64,000 nucleotides of DNA from Tissierellia bacterium (GTDB taxonomy: Bacteria > Bacillota > Clostridia > Tissierellales > Sedimentibacteraceae): the NCBI GenBank assembly GCA_012520455.1, contig JAAYOE010000037.1, positions 6,027-70,026 on the forward strand, written 5' to 3'. Numbering within the stretch: position 1 is the stretch's first letter; each line of letters starts with the position of its first letter. The translations under genes were made by a program, and so were the position numbers. The notes beneath the pieces were generated by a model, which saw nothing but the letters and a program-made list of their open reading frames with translations, was not told where the DNA came from and searched no databases. Positions 49,036 to 58,959 of the stretch are shown here, piece by piece.

Positions 49036-49683
49036 ATGATAATGAGAAAAGAAACTTTGGTATTTTTAGCATCTCTGGCTATAATATTTATAATCGGGTA
49101 TATAAATATGAATTTGACGCCGGATAATGCATTTGATGATCTTGAAACAGGTCAGCTGGATACAGCCGATTCAGACGGGGATATAGCAGAAATAATCGAG
49201 GGCGGAGTAAATGAAGTAGATTATGCAGAAGTCCTGCCTGAGGAAGCAGACTATGAAATCTTAGGCGATATAACCGACATATCAGTTGCGGAGGAAGCTT
49301 CCTCGGGCGGGATTTTAGGTGTTCTGAATATTAGCTTTGCTAACTTCAAGCTGAACAAGGAAAAGGCCAATATGGATGTTTTGGATTATCTTGAAGAAAG
49401 CCTGAGCTCACCTGCAATATCTGATGATACCAAAGCACAGTTTGAGCAGATTTTACTTAAAAAGAATTCCTTTATCGAGGCCGAACAGGGAATTGAGCTG
49501 ATGCTGCAATCAAAGGGATATAATGAATCTGTTGCCATAGTGGACGAAAGCATGGTTAAGGTTATTACAAATGATACGATAGAACAGGCGGATGCAACAA
49601 TTATTTTAGATGTGGTGGTATCTGAAACAAATTATACACCTTCTCAAATAAAAATTGTTAAATTTGATAATATTGATTTGTAA
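49036..49683 (+). CDS. spoIIIAH: Stage III sporulation protein AH
   Basis: N-terminal TM, F.NFKL.KE, IELML.SKGY..VA; last gene of operon. Confidence 0.82.
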   Translation: MIMRKETLVFLASLAIIFIIGYINMNLTPDNAFDDLETGQLDTADSDGDIAEIIEGGVNEVDYAEVLPEEADYEILGDITDISVAEEASSGGILGVLNISFANFKLNKEKANMDVLDYLEESLSSPAISDDTKAQFEQILLKKNSFIEAEQGIELMLQSKGYNESVAIVDESMVKVITNDTIEQADATIILDVVVSETNYTPSQIKIVKFDNIDL

Positions 49684-49725
49684 TAATTTGCTACTTCTGC
49701 TATAATTATTTCAGGAGGTGCTATA

Positions 49726-50130
49726 ATGGATAACGAAAAATTTGAATTTGGCCAGGTAAAGATATCCGATGATGTTGTGATAATAATTGCAGGTATTGCA
49801 GCAAGCCAGGTTAAAGGAGTAAGTACTGCCCGTACGGGCGTAGCCGAAGGTATCACCAACTTATTTTCGAAAAATAATTATGCAAAGGGTATAAAAGTTG
49901 AAATAAACGAAGATACAGTAGTATTGGACATTTTTATCAATGTTGAATACGGCTATAGGATAAACCAGGTTGCCAAGGAAGTACAGCTTGCAATAAAGAA
50001 AGAGATAGAAACCATGACGGATTTGCAGGTGGCAGCCGTAAATGTCCATGTGCTCAATATTGTCCAGGATAAGGAAAAGGATAAAGACAAGGATAAGGAA
50101 AAAGAACCTGTAGACATAGCATTAGAATAA
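49726..50130 (+). CDS. Asp23/Gls24 family protein (YqhY-like)
   Basis: GQVKISDDVV..IAG.AA..V.GV, KGIKVE, VNVHV; promoter TTGTAA-17-TATAAT at 49678-49706. Confidence 0.9.
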   Translation: MDNEKFEFGQVKISDDVVIIIAGIAASQVKGVSTARTGVAEGITNLFSKNNYAKGIKVEINEDTVVLDIFINVEYGYRINQVAKEVQLAIKKEIETMTDLQVAAVNVHVLNIVQDKEKDKDKDKEKEPVDIALE

Positions 50131-50161
50131 GAATATATACTCAATAGATTAACAACAAATG

Positions 50162-50192
50162 CGGGGACACACCATGTGTGCCCCCGAGTTTT
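50162..50192 (+). terminator. GC-rich hairpin with short T-tract between asp23 and nusB
   Basis: CGGGG-A-CACAC-CAT-GTGTG-C-CCCCG-AGTTTT. Confidence 0.5.
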
Positions 50193-50225
50193 GATGTTAA
50201 TTTATCTATAGCCTTAGGAGAGAGA

Positions 50226-50630
50226 ATGAAACGTAAAGAAACCAGAGAAGAAGCAGTAAAAATAGCATACAGTATGGATGTGAACAAAGAGTTTAACAAG
50301 GATAATTTAGCGGGTTACCTGGACCACTTTGAGCTTGAAGACATGGACATGGATTATTTGATCAAAACAATTTTTGATATGGTTGACAACCTGGAAAAAA
50401 TAGACGAATACATCACAGATAATTCAAAGGACTGGAAGATTTCCCGCATTGCCAAGGTTGACCTTGCAGTATTAAGAATAGCTCTTTCCGAAATACTGTA
50501 CAATGAAACAATACCCCTAAGCGTATCAATTAACGAAGCAGTGGAAATAAGCAAGAAGTATTCAAATGAGGATTCCCATAAATTCATTAACGGAATATTA
50601 GGAACAGTGGCAAGGTACATAGAGAAATGA
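50226..50630 (+). CDS. nusB: Transcription antitermination factor NusB
   Basis: RIAKVDLAVLR, SINEAVEISKKY, FINGILG; start moved to ATG 50226. Confidence 0.93.
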   Translation: MKRKETREEAVKIAYSMDVNKEFNKDNLAGYLDHFELEDMDMDYLIKTIFDMVDNLEKIDEYITDNSKDWKISRIAKVDLAVLRIALSEILYNETIPLSVSINEAVEISKKYSNEDSHKFINGILGTVARYIEK

Positions 50631-51574
50631 AATACATTCTTGGAATCGATACAAGCGCATACACCACATCCATTGCCTTAGTAGACTCTAAAACCGGAAG
50701 AATCCTTGCTGATGAAAGAAAGGTCCTCGAAGTAAAAGAGGGACAAAAGGGATTAAGGCAGCAAGAGGCTGTTTTTCAGCATTTAAAAAATCTGCCGGAA
50801 CTTTACTCCAATATTAAAGAGGACTTATCCAAGGTCAGCCATGTTTCCGTCAGCTCAAGACCGCGAAATACCGAAGGCTCTTACATGCCTGTATTTGTTG
50901 CAGGCAGGAATTTCGGAAGGGTTATTTCCCACACCTTAAAGAGCGGATTTATTGAATATTCACATCAGGAAAACCATATCGGAGCTTCTTTAATCGATAA
51001 CTACAAAGGTATAGATGAATTCTTGGCTGTTCACATATCAGGAGGAACTACTGAATTCATATCCGCAAAAAAGATTGCAAAGGGTTTTGAAACAAGAATT
51101 GTGGGAGGGACTAAGGATATAACCTTTGGCCAGCTCATAGACAGGGTGGGCACCAAGATGGGCTTTCCCTTTCCCTGCGGCAGATACATGGAAGAGTACA
51201 TTCAGGGTAAAAGTGTAGAAAATCTACCTAGCCCGCCTGCAGGCAAGGGTCCCTTCATAAATTTATCCGGTATGGAAAACTTTTATGGAAATTTACTGAA
51301 TAAACATAATAAAGAAGAAATAATAACCTCTTTATTTGATTACACAGGCAGGTGCATTTTAAACATATTGAATACTTTATCAGGTCTTGGATACAAAACC
51401 GTGATAATTTCGGGGGGAGTCGCATCCAACAGCCACATAAGAAATAATATTCTAAAATCAACCGGGGAATATGAAATTATATTTCCGTCCCCTGATAATT
51501 CTTCCGACAATGCCTTAGGCCTTGCATACTTGCCTATTATTGACAGGTGGTACAATGAAAATAAAGCCGATTAA
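50627..51574 (+). CDS. TsaD/Kae1 (peptidase M22-like) paralogue
   Basis: LGIDTSAYTTS, SHQENH, ISGGTTE, SGGVASN, SSDNALG. Confidence 0.8.
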   Translation: MKYILGIDTSAYTTSIALVDSKTGRILADERKVLEVKEGQKGLRQQEAVFQHLKNLPELYSNIKEDLSKVSHVSVSSRPRNTEGSYMPVFVAGRNFGRVISHTLKSGFIEYSHQENHIGASLIDNYKGIDEFLAVHISGGTTEFISAKKIAKGFETRIVGGTKDITFGQLIDRVGTKMGFPFPCGRYMEEYIQGKSVENLPSPPAGKGPFINLSGMENFYGNLLNKHNKEEIITSLFDYTGRCILNILNTLSGLGYKTVIISGGVASNSHIRNNILKSTGEYEIIFPSPDNSSDNALGLAYLPIIDRWYNENKAD

Positions 51575-52736
51575 AGTTTCAGTGTTAAATCAATACATTA
51601 AAAAATACCTGATGGGAAATTCCATACTCAACAACTTAAGGGTGGAAGGCGAAATTTCCAATATAAGAATGAGTAAGACAGGTTATACCTATTTTTCCTT
51701 ATGCGACGAGAGCTCATGTATAAGCTGTGTCGCTTTTTTTGCTGATACAATATCAAAAAATGGAGACAAAATAATCGCGGAAGGAGAGCTTTCCGTTTAT
51801 GAAGCCAAAGGCACATACCAGCTCATTGTTCGTAATATCGAAAGGGTGGGATTGGGGAAAATTCTCCTGGATTTGGAATTATTAAAAGAAAAATTACGGT
51901 CTCAAGGATTATTTGACCGGAAGAGAGACCTTCCTCCATACCCCCATAAAATAGGCATAATCACATCAAAAACGGGAGCAGCCATCAAGGATATTTTAAA
52001 AACCTTTGAAAGCGTAAAAGCAAATTTAGACATAACCCTATATAACGCCTTAGTGCAGGGAGAAAGAGCCAAAGAAACCATAATTGAAGGATTAAGGTAT
52101 TTCAACGATAGGGAAACGGAAGTGGTTCTTATTTCAAGAGGCGGGGGGAGCTTTGAGGATTTAAACGTCTTTAATGACCTTGACTTAGCCATGGAAGTCT
52201 ATAAATCAAAGGCAGTGGTTGTTACCGGCATAGGCCACGAAACAGACAGGACCTTGACGGATTATGTTGCTGACGTTTATTGTCACACTCCCACGGCAGC
52301 GGCAGAAAGGATCATAAGAGGCTACAAGGATGTTGAAGAAAAGTTGACCAACCTGATATTTGCCTTAAAAACAGGGACAAGCAATGTCATATCCACAAAA
52401 AAGGCCGATTTATTATCGACGAAGTACATCCTAAGAAGCAGCCTGCCCTTGGAGGATATTTACAGGGCGGAAAATATGCTTAAGGAACATAAAAACCTGA
52501 TAAGGAATGCAGCCGAAAAGTATATAAATGAGTATTACATCAAGATAAAAATAATGGGTGAAAAATTAACTTCATATGATTACGAGAAACAGTTAAAAAG
52601 AGGTTTCGCTTTGGTTACCGACCGGGCAGGAAATTTAGTAAAAATCAAAAACCAGGTGCAGGCAAAAGATATTTTGCAGATAAGATTTGCGGATTTTAAA
52701 ATAGAAGCGGAAACCATGGATATAAAAGAGGTGTGA
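51555..52736 (+). CDS. xseA: Exodeoxyribonuclease VII large subunit
   Basis: VEGEISN, ITSKTGAAIKD, VQGE, RGGGSFEDL, GIGHETD, TPTAAAE. Confidence 0.95.
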   Translation: MKIKPIKVSVLNQYIKKYLMGNSILNNLRVEGEISNIRMSKTGYTYFSLCDESSCISCVAFFADTISKNGDKIIAEGELSVYEAKGTYQLIVRNIERVGLGKILLDLELLKEKLRSQGLFDRKRDLPPYPHKIGIITSKTGAAIKDILKTFESVKANLDITLYNALVQGERAKETIIEGLRYFNDRETEVVLISRGGGSFEDLNVFNDLDLAMEVYKSKAVVVTGIGHETDRTLTDYVADVYCHTPTAAAERIIRGYKDVEEKLTNLIFALKTGTSNVISTKKADLLSTKYILRSSLPLEDIYRAENMLKEHKNLIRNAAEKYINEYYIKIKIMGEKLTSYDYEKQLKRGFALVTDRAGNLVKIKNQVQAKDILQIRFADFKIEAETMDIKEV

Positions 52737-52737
52737 A

Positions 52738-52935
52738 ATGGAGTACGAAAGCTTTGAAAAGGCTTTAGAAGAATTGAAAAATATTGTCGAGACCTTTGAA
52801 AACAACAAGGAGCTAACCCTTGATGACCTCCTTGACAATTACGAAAAAGGAATGAAAGCCTATGTATATTGCATGAAAAAGTTAGACGACACACAAAAAA
52901 AGATAAAAATCATCGATGAAAACATGCCCCTGTGA
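52738..52935 (+). CDS. xseB: Exodeoxyribonuclease VII small subunit
   Basis: FEKALEELKNIV..E..LDD....YEKG..C.KKL. Confidence 0.9.
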   Translation: MEYESFEKALEELKNIVETFENNKELTLDDLLDNYEKGMKAYVYCMKKLDDTQKKIKIIDENMPL

Positions 52936-53126
52936 AAATCCTCCATATATTGGTTTGGTTGCCAAATAAAGGGGGATAGTTTGCCTGTGTTGATAATTAA
53001 TAAACATTTTTCTTATAATTATTAAAAATTCTAATTGATATAAAAGAAATACTATGCTATAATTTTACATGATTATCAAATAATTATATCAATATAAGAA
53101 TATTTATGTAATTAGCAAGGATTGAG

Positions 53127-53912
53127 ATGAAAAATTACAGGCTTGACGCATATCTCCACGACAAGGGCTATGTAACCAGCAGAGAAAGGTCAAAACAGCT
53201 TATTTTAGGCAAGTTTGTATATGTTGATGACAAATTAATAACAAAACCATCCTATCCTGTAAAGGATGGTGTCAAAATAGAAATCACCGGAAATCTATAT
53301 ATAAGCAGGGGTTATTTAAAAATTGAAAAGGCAGTCCGGGCATTCAATATAAGCCCCGAAAACAAAACAGCAGTCGATATAGGGGCTTCAACCGGCGGAT
53401 TCACGGAATATCTTTTAAAACATGGGGCAAAAAAGGTGTATGCAATTGATGTGGGCAGGGGTCAGCTCCATGACACCTTAAAAAATGATCCACGAGTCAT
53501 AAATTTGGAAAACACGAATTTCAGATATATGGACAGGTCAATAATTAAAGATCATATAGACCTTGTAACAGTTGATGTTTCATTTATTTCATTACAATAT
53601 ATTTTTCCTAAAATTGTCGAAATAAGTAATATTAACACGGATATTGTCGCATTAGTTAAACCACAATTTGAAGCCGGAAAGGAAAACATAGGGAAAAAAG
53701 GCATAGTTAAGGATAAAAAAGTTCATTTGGAGGTTCTAAAGAATCTAAGCAATTATTGTAAGTTAAATAATTTATGTTTGCTGAACATGGAGTATTCTCC
53801 CATAAAAGGAGGAGAAGGGAACATTGAATACCTTGCTCACTTAAAACTTAAGGGAAGTCCAAATGAAATTAATTTTAATGACTTAATTAACAAAGCCTTT
53901 GAAATATTATAA
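53127..53912 (+). CDS. tlyA: TlyA-family rRNA methyltransferase (S4 + FtsJ domains)
   Basis: RLDAYL, YISRGYLK, DIGASTGGFT, DVSFISL, LVKPQFE. Confidence 0.92.
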   Translation: MKNYRLDAYLHDKGYVTSRERSKQLILGKFVYVDDKLITKPSYPVKDGVKIEITGNLYISRGYLKIEKAVRAFNISPENKTAVDIGASTGGFTEYLLKHGAKKVYAIDVGRGQLHDTLKNDPRVINLENTNFRYMDRSIIKDHIDLVTVDVSFISLQYIFPKIVEISNINTDIVALVKPQFEAGKENIGKKGIVKDKKVHLEVLKNLSNYCKLNNLCLLNMEYSPIKGGEGNIEYLAHLKLKGSPNEINFNDLINKAFEIL

Positions 53913-53932
53913 TAATAATTAAGAGGTGGCGA

Positions 53933-54385
53933 ATGAAAAAGTACACGAGACAAACAAAAATTTTGGAATTGATTACAAAAAATGAAGTGGAAACCCAGGA
54001 GGAATTGGCAGAGGCTCTGAAGAATATGGGTATTGAAGTGACCCAGGCTACAATTTCAAGAGATATTAAAGAGCTGAGACTTGTTAAAGTCATGTCCAAG
54101 AGCGGCAAGTACAAATATGCCACTATCAGCCAAAGCCAGGAAGGAATAACGGACAGGCTGAATAAAATTTTCGAAAATTCTGTGGTTTCAATTGACAACG
54201 CAATGAACATGATAATAATAAAAACAATTCCCGGGGCTGCTCAAATATGTGCCTCAGCCATTGACTACATGGGAGTTGAAGAAATTGTAGGAACCTTAGC
54301 AGGTGACGACAATGTTTTTGTAGCAGTAAGAAATATAGAAGATGTGGACAGGGTCTTGCAGGAATTTAAGAAGCTTATAAGATAA
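53933..54385 (+). CDS. argR: Arginine repressor
   Basis: ETQEEL, TQATISRDIKEL, GTLAGDD. Confidence 0.95.
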   Translation: MKKYTRQTKILELITKNEVETQEELAEALKNMGIEVTQATISRDIKELRLVKVMSKSGKYKYATISQSQEGITDRLNKIFENSVVSIDNAMNMIIIKTIPGAAQICASAIDYMGVEEIVGTLAGDDNVFVAVRNIEDVDRVLQEFKKLIR

Positions 54386-54395
54386 CGGTGATAAT

Positions 54396-56054
54396 ATGCT
54401 GCTTAGTTTAAATATAAAGAATTTTGCAGTATTTGAAGATGTATCTGTTAACTTTGATGCCGGGTTCAATGTTTTCACGGGGGAGACAGGGTCCGGAAAA
54501 TCCGTGTTAATCAATGCTATACAGCTTCTATTGGGAGAGAGGGCATCGAGGGACCTGATAAGAAAGGGCAAAAAGTCTGCCTTGGTTGAAGGAGTTTTTG
54601 AAATCGGGGACAAGGAGAACTTTTTCGAGGCCTTAAATAATCTGAATATAGAGATTGATAATGAGGACTTCTTTATAATATCAAGAGAGGTCCTTGAAAA
54701 CGGAAAGACCATCAATAAGATTAATGGGAGAGCTGTACCTCTTAATGTCATCAAAGCATTAGGCAGCTCATTAATAGATATTTATGGTCAGTTCGGCCAC
54801 GAAAGCTTGTTTAAGAAGGAAAACCATATCAAACTCCTTGACAGTTTGATTGAGAAGGAATTATCAACCGACCTTCAAGCCTATTATGACCTTTATGAAA
54901 AGTACAACCGGCTTACTGAAGAAATAAAAGCCCTGAAAGAAAAACTCATAAATAAAGACAAAAAAATTGACCGGCTCAAATATGAAATAGATGAAATTGA
55001 TAGTGCCCGCTTAAAAGAATTTGAAGAAGATGACTTGTTAAAGAAAATTAAAAAGCTTTCAAATGTGCAGGAAATAAAGAAGTCACTCCATGAAGCTCTT
55101 TATATTCTCAACAGCGACAACCTAAACAGTGTCTATGCCATAATCAACAAAATTAAAAGTTACGACGAAAAACTTGAAGAATTCCTTTCCAGGCTGGATA
55201 TTCAATTGGAGGAATTGAAACTCTTAAGCTATGACTTAAGGGATTATTCAGACAATTTGGACCTGGATGAAAAAGAACTTGAAATTATTGAAAACAGAAT
55301 GTCTCTTATTAGCCGCTTAAAAAGAAAATACGGCTTTACTGTTGAAAAGATCAAGGAATACAGGAATGCATCCTTTGATGAATTTAACCTGCTTTTAGAA
55401 GCTGATTCAAAACTAAACTCATTAATCAGGGAAAAAGATGAAACATATAAAGAGTTGACGGAAAAAGCAGGGCTTATATCAAAGAAAAGGAAAGATGCCG
55501 CAGAACTTCTTGAAAAACAGATTTTAGGCGAATTAAGCGACTTGAACATGAAAAATATAGAGTTCAAAGTCAAAATAGACAAGAAGGATTTATCCGGGGA
55601 CGGGGCAGACAAGGTTGAGTTCTTAATTTCAACAAATGTGGGAAGCGACTTGAATTCCGTCCAGAAGATAGTTTCCGGAGGAGAAGCTTCAAGAATCATG
55701 CTGGCCTTTAAAAAAATAAAAAGCGATCCTGGTCAAACCATGGTCTTTGACGAAATAGACATAGGCATAAGCGGAAAAACAGCCCGGATGACCGGGGTAA
55801 AAATGAATTATATTGCTAAGAACAATCAAGTTATCTGTGTCACCCATTCTCCCCAGATAGCATCAATTTCTAAAAATCATTTTTTAATCGAAAAAAAGGT
55901 GATAGGCAGCGAAACATTAAGCACAGTGAAAAAATTGGACAGGGAAGATAAAATTCATGAGATTGCCAGATTGTTGAGCGGTATGAAGATCACCGACAAA
56001 TCAATAAACAATGCTGTGGAATTGATAGAAATTAACAGCAGAATAAGTGAATAG
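54396..56054 (+). CDS. recN: DNA repair protein RecN
   Basis: TGETGSGKS, SGGEASR, VFDEIDIGISG, VTHSPQIA. Confidence 0.95.
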   Translation: MLLSLNIKNFAVFEDVSVNFDAGFNVFTGETGSGKSVLINAIQLLLGERASRDLIRKGKKSALVEGVFEIGDKENFFEALNNLNIEIDNEDFFIISREVLENGKTINKINGRAVPLNVIKALGSSLIDIYGQFGHESLFKKENHIKLLDSLIEKELSTDLQAYYDLYEKYNRLTEEIKALKEKLINKDKKIDRLKYEIDEIDSARLKEFEEDDLLKKIKKLSNVQEIKKSLHEALYILNSDNLNSVYAIINKIKSYDEKLEEFLSRLDIQLEELKLLSYDLRDYSDNLDLDEKELEIIENRMSLISRLKRKYGFTVEKIKEYRNASFDEFNLLLEADSKLNSLIREKDETYKELTEKAGLISKKRKDAAELLEKQILGELSDLNMKNIEFKVKIDKKDLSGDGADKVEFLISTNVGSDLNSVQKIVSGGEASRIMLAFKKIKSDPGQTMVFDEIDIGISGKTARMTGVKMNYIAKNNQVICVTHSPQIASISKNHFLIEKKVIGSETLSTVKKLDREDKIHEIARLLSGMKITDKSINNAVELIEINSRISE

Positions 56055-56104
56055 AAGACTATTTATGTGGAAAAGTTAAGAATAAAACTATTTAGGAGAG
56101 TCAT

Positions 56105-57187
56105 ATGAAAGTTTTCTTAAAAAGAGTTTTATTCTTTGTTTTTTTTATTGCGGTATTAATGACTGCCGTTTTTTTTGGTTTCAACCTAAAAACCAATCCA
56201 TATAAATTTGCAAATCATGACCAGGTTATTGAAACAGAAGGGAAACATGTAATACCCGGGGGTCAGACGGTTGGTGTTGAATTGAAAACAGAAGGAGTCT
56301 TGGTTGTGGGTTTGGCTGATATAGCCAATGCCGACAACATTTCAACATCTCCTGCAAAAATCGCCGGAATTCAGATAGGAGACAAAATTTTGGAAATTGA
56401 TTCCCTAAACATGACTTCTACCGATGATATATTAAAATATACGGAAAATATGGGAATTAAAGTATATAAATTTAAAATAGAAAGAGCAGGGAAAATAATA
56501 TATTTGACAATTACCCCGGTTCAAAGATACGAGAGCCATGAAATAAAATTCGGATTTTGGGCAAGAGACAATATAGCCGGAATCGGAACAATAACCTTTG
56601 TAGACCCTAAAACCGGTACCTACAGCGCTATAGGACACGGCATATCAGACTCGGAAACAGGCAAGCTTATTGATATCGAGTCAGGTACGATATCCAAAGC
56701 AAATATTACCAATATCAAGCTTGGTAAAAAGGGTGAGCCCGGTGAAATCATAGGTTATATTTTAAAAGATGAAAAAAGTCTCGGAACGGTGTCAGACAAT
56801 ACAAATTTTGGAATTTACGGGAAGATTAACGAGGACTCCATGGGGTATTTCAGCGGTGATTTGATGGAAATAGGAAGAAAGGAAGAGTTAAAATTAGGGC
56901 CTGCCTATATAATTACTTGCGTTAACAATGAAATAAAAAAATACGGGATCGTAATATCAAGAATATTCTACCAGAACAAGCCTGATGAAAAAAGTTTTGT
57001 AATAAAGATAACGGATGAAGAATTGCTGCAAATGACCAACGGGATTATTCAGGGAATGAGCGGGAGCCCTGTAATACAAAACAACAAAATTGTCGGGGCT
57101 GTAACCCATGTTTTCATGAACGACCCTTCCAAGGGATATGGAATATACATTGAGTGGATTTTTGATCAAATAAAAGGAGGTGCTTAA
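56105..57187 (+). CDS. spoIVB: SpoIVB peptidase (S55) with PDZ domain
   Basis: VIPGGQTVG, AGIQIGD, AGIGTITF, AIGHGI, GIIQGMSGSP, GAVTHVF. Confidence 0.95.
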   Translation: MKVFLKRVLFFVFFIAVLMTAVFFGFNLKTNPYKFANHDQVIETEGKHVIPGGQTVGVELKTEGVLVVGLADIANADNISTSPAKIAGIQIGDKILEIDSLNMTSTDDILKYTENMGIKVYKFKIERAGKIIYLTITPVQRYESHEIKFGFWARDNIAGIGTITFVDPKTGTYSAIGHGISDSETGKLIDIESGTISKANITNIKLGKKGEPGEIIGYILKDEKSLGTVSDNTNFGIYGKINEDSMGYFSGDLMEIGRKEELKLGPAYIITCVNNEIKKYGIVISRIFYQNKPDEKSFVIKITDEELLQMTNGIIQGMSGSPVIQNNKIVGAVTHVFMNDPSKGYGIYIEWIFDQIKGGA

Positions 57188-57333
57188 AATTATACGGAAG
57201 CAAATGTTATTTAAAAACAAATAAATTTTATTTAATCGACAAAATTTTAGTATAAATATGGATTATTTATATATAATAGATATAAAAACCATTTAATTAC
57301 AATTTTTATAGGCAAATTTTTTTACCAAAAAAA

Positions 57334-57358
57334 AGGGTTTTTTGAGTATTTTGCGTAT
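57334..57358 (+). promoter_or_regulatory. Degenerate SigH-type promoter for spo0A
   Basis: AGGG-17-GTAT versus consensus AGGA-17-GAAT; correct spacing, two mismatches. Confidence 0.35.
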
Positions 57359-57403
57359 TATATTAGTAAAAAGAAATTAAGAATTATGAATTGGAGGTTT
57401 AAG

Positions 57404-58198
57404 ATGCAAAAAAAAGTAAAAGTTGTCATAGCTGATGATAATAAGGAATTCAGGATGATACTTAAAGATTTTCTCCTCAGCAAAAAAGTCTTCGATGTCG
57501 TGGATTTGGCGGAAGACGGTTTAAAGGCACTGGATTCTGTCGAAAAACATGAGCCTGACATTTTAATTTTAGACATAATTATGCCTCATCTTGACGGCTT
57601 GGGCGTATTGGAAAGGCTTCACAAGAAACAACCTGCGAAATTTCCCAAGGTGATAGTTTTATCTGCTGTAGGCCATGACAAGGTTACCCAGAGAGCTATT
57701 AATATGGGGGTTGATTATTATATCGTTAAGCCTTTCAATTTTGAATCCTTTGCCGAAAGACTTCTGCAAATATCGGAATTGGAAACATCCAAGGCCCAAA
57801 ATAAGAACAAGGAAATCGTTTATAAGGATAAAATGAACACGGAGCTGAGCTTAGAAGTCAAAATAACCGAAATCCTGCATGAGGTAGGCGTACCTGCCCA
57901 CATAAAAGGCTACCAGTACCTGCGGACATCCATAACGGATGTGGTAAAGAATATAGACCTCTTAGGTGCTATAACAAAGGAGCTCTATCCCATGATAGCA
58001 GCAAAATATTCAACCACTCCAAGCAGGGTTGAAAGAGCCATCCGCCATGCCATAGAGGTTGCGTGGACAAGAGGAAAAATTGAAACCATCAACAGTATTT
58101 TCGGTTATACCATACACAACAATAAGGGTAAACCCACCAATTCAGAGTTCATAGCAATGATTGCAGACAAACTCCGCCTGGAGCAAAAGGTTTCATAA
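57404..58198 (+). CDS. spo0A: Sporulation master regulator Spo0A
   Basis: Receiver [10 protein letters not shown]; [38 protein letters not shown]; start at ATG 57404. Confidence 0.97.
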   Translation: MQKKVKVVIADDNKEFRMILKDFLLSKKVFDVVDLAEDGLKALDSVEKHEPDILILDIIMPHLDGLGVLERLHKKQPAKFPKVIVLSAVGHDKVTQRAINMGVDYYIVKPFNFESFAERLLQISELETSKAQNKNKEIVYKDKMNTELSLEVKITEILHEVGVPAHIKGYQYLRTSITDVVKNIDLLGAITKELYPMIAAKYSTTPSRVERAIRHAIEVAWTRGKIETINSIFGYTIHNNKGKPTNSEFIAMIADKLRLEQKVS

Positions 58199-58231
58199 AG
58201 CTTATATTGGGGTCATTTATACCTAAATGAC

Positions 58232-58260
58232 TTGACAAAAGCTTCTTATGTTATTAAAAT
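58232..58260 (+). promoter_or_regulatory. Sigma-A promoter for NUDIX gene
   Basis: TTGACA-17-TAAAAT. Confidence 0.75.
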
Positions 58261-58322
58261 AAGTCCAGCGATTAAAAATTGCAGACATTTAAATTGCAAT
58301 TGTTTAATTACGGGAGGAAATA

Positions 58323-58844
58323 TTGAATACGGAAATAACGGTAAAAAGCGAAAAAATATTCGAGGGTAAAATAGTTAATTTACGGATAGACACTGTAGAA
58401 CTGGAAAATCAAAAATACGCAAAAAGAGAAATCGTGGACCACAAGGCTGCCGTCTGTATTTTGGCTGTGAACAAGGATAAAATAATATTGGTAAGACAAT
58501 ACAGGAAAGCAGTTGAAGACTTTATATACGAATTGCCTGCCGGGATCCTGAATATTGCCGAGGAGCCCCGGGAGGGAGCTTTAAGAGAGTTAAAAGAAGA
58601 AACAGGCTATAGGGCAGGTACAATTAAACTATTATATGAGTTTTATACATCTCCGGGTTTTACCAATGAAAAGGTATATTTGTTCGAAGCCTCGGACCTG
58701 AAATTTGAAGGTACCGATTTAGATGAAGATGAATGCATTGAAACAATAGAAGTAGATACAGAAGAAGCAAAAAAAATGATTGAAACAGGCAGGATAGCTG
58801 ACAGCAAAACACTTATAGGATTGCTCCATTGGCTGAATTCATAA
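58323..58844 (+). CDS. nudF: NUDIX hydrolase (ADP-ribose pyrophosphatase-like)
   Basis: ELPAG..AEEPREGALRELKEETGY Nudix box; TTG start after GGGAGG. Confidence 0.88.
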   Translation: MNTEITVKSEKIFEGKIVNLRIDTVELENQKYAKREIVDHKAAVCILAVNKDKIILVRQYRKAVEDFIYELPAGILNIAEEPREGALRELKEETGYRAGTIKLLYEFYTSPGFTNEKVYLFEASDLKFEGTDLDEDECIETIEVDTEEAKKMIETGRIADSKTLIGLLHWLNS

Positions 58845-58861
58845 AAGAATACGGATAAAGA

Positions 58862-58890
58862 GCATTAAACCCCTTGTACAAGCATATATT
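58862..58890 (+). promoter_or_regulatory. SigE-type promoter for spoIIM
   Basis: GCATT-16-CATATATT. Confidence 0.55.
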
Positions 58891-58959
58891 ATAATAAGCT
58901 TAACAAGTGGTTTTTTTTATAAAAGGCCGGGTCCTTTTTAGTGGTTGGGAGGTTGTATT

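Noticed and set aside
57234-57241. Spo0A box ATCGACA upstream of spo0A
   Set aside because: One mismatch in a 7-mer within AT-rich DNA; too weak alone
58870-58877. CCCCTTGT match to the repeat
   Set aside because: 8 bp only, inside a SigE-type promoter spacer; plausible by chance
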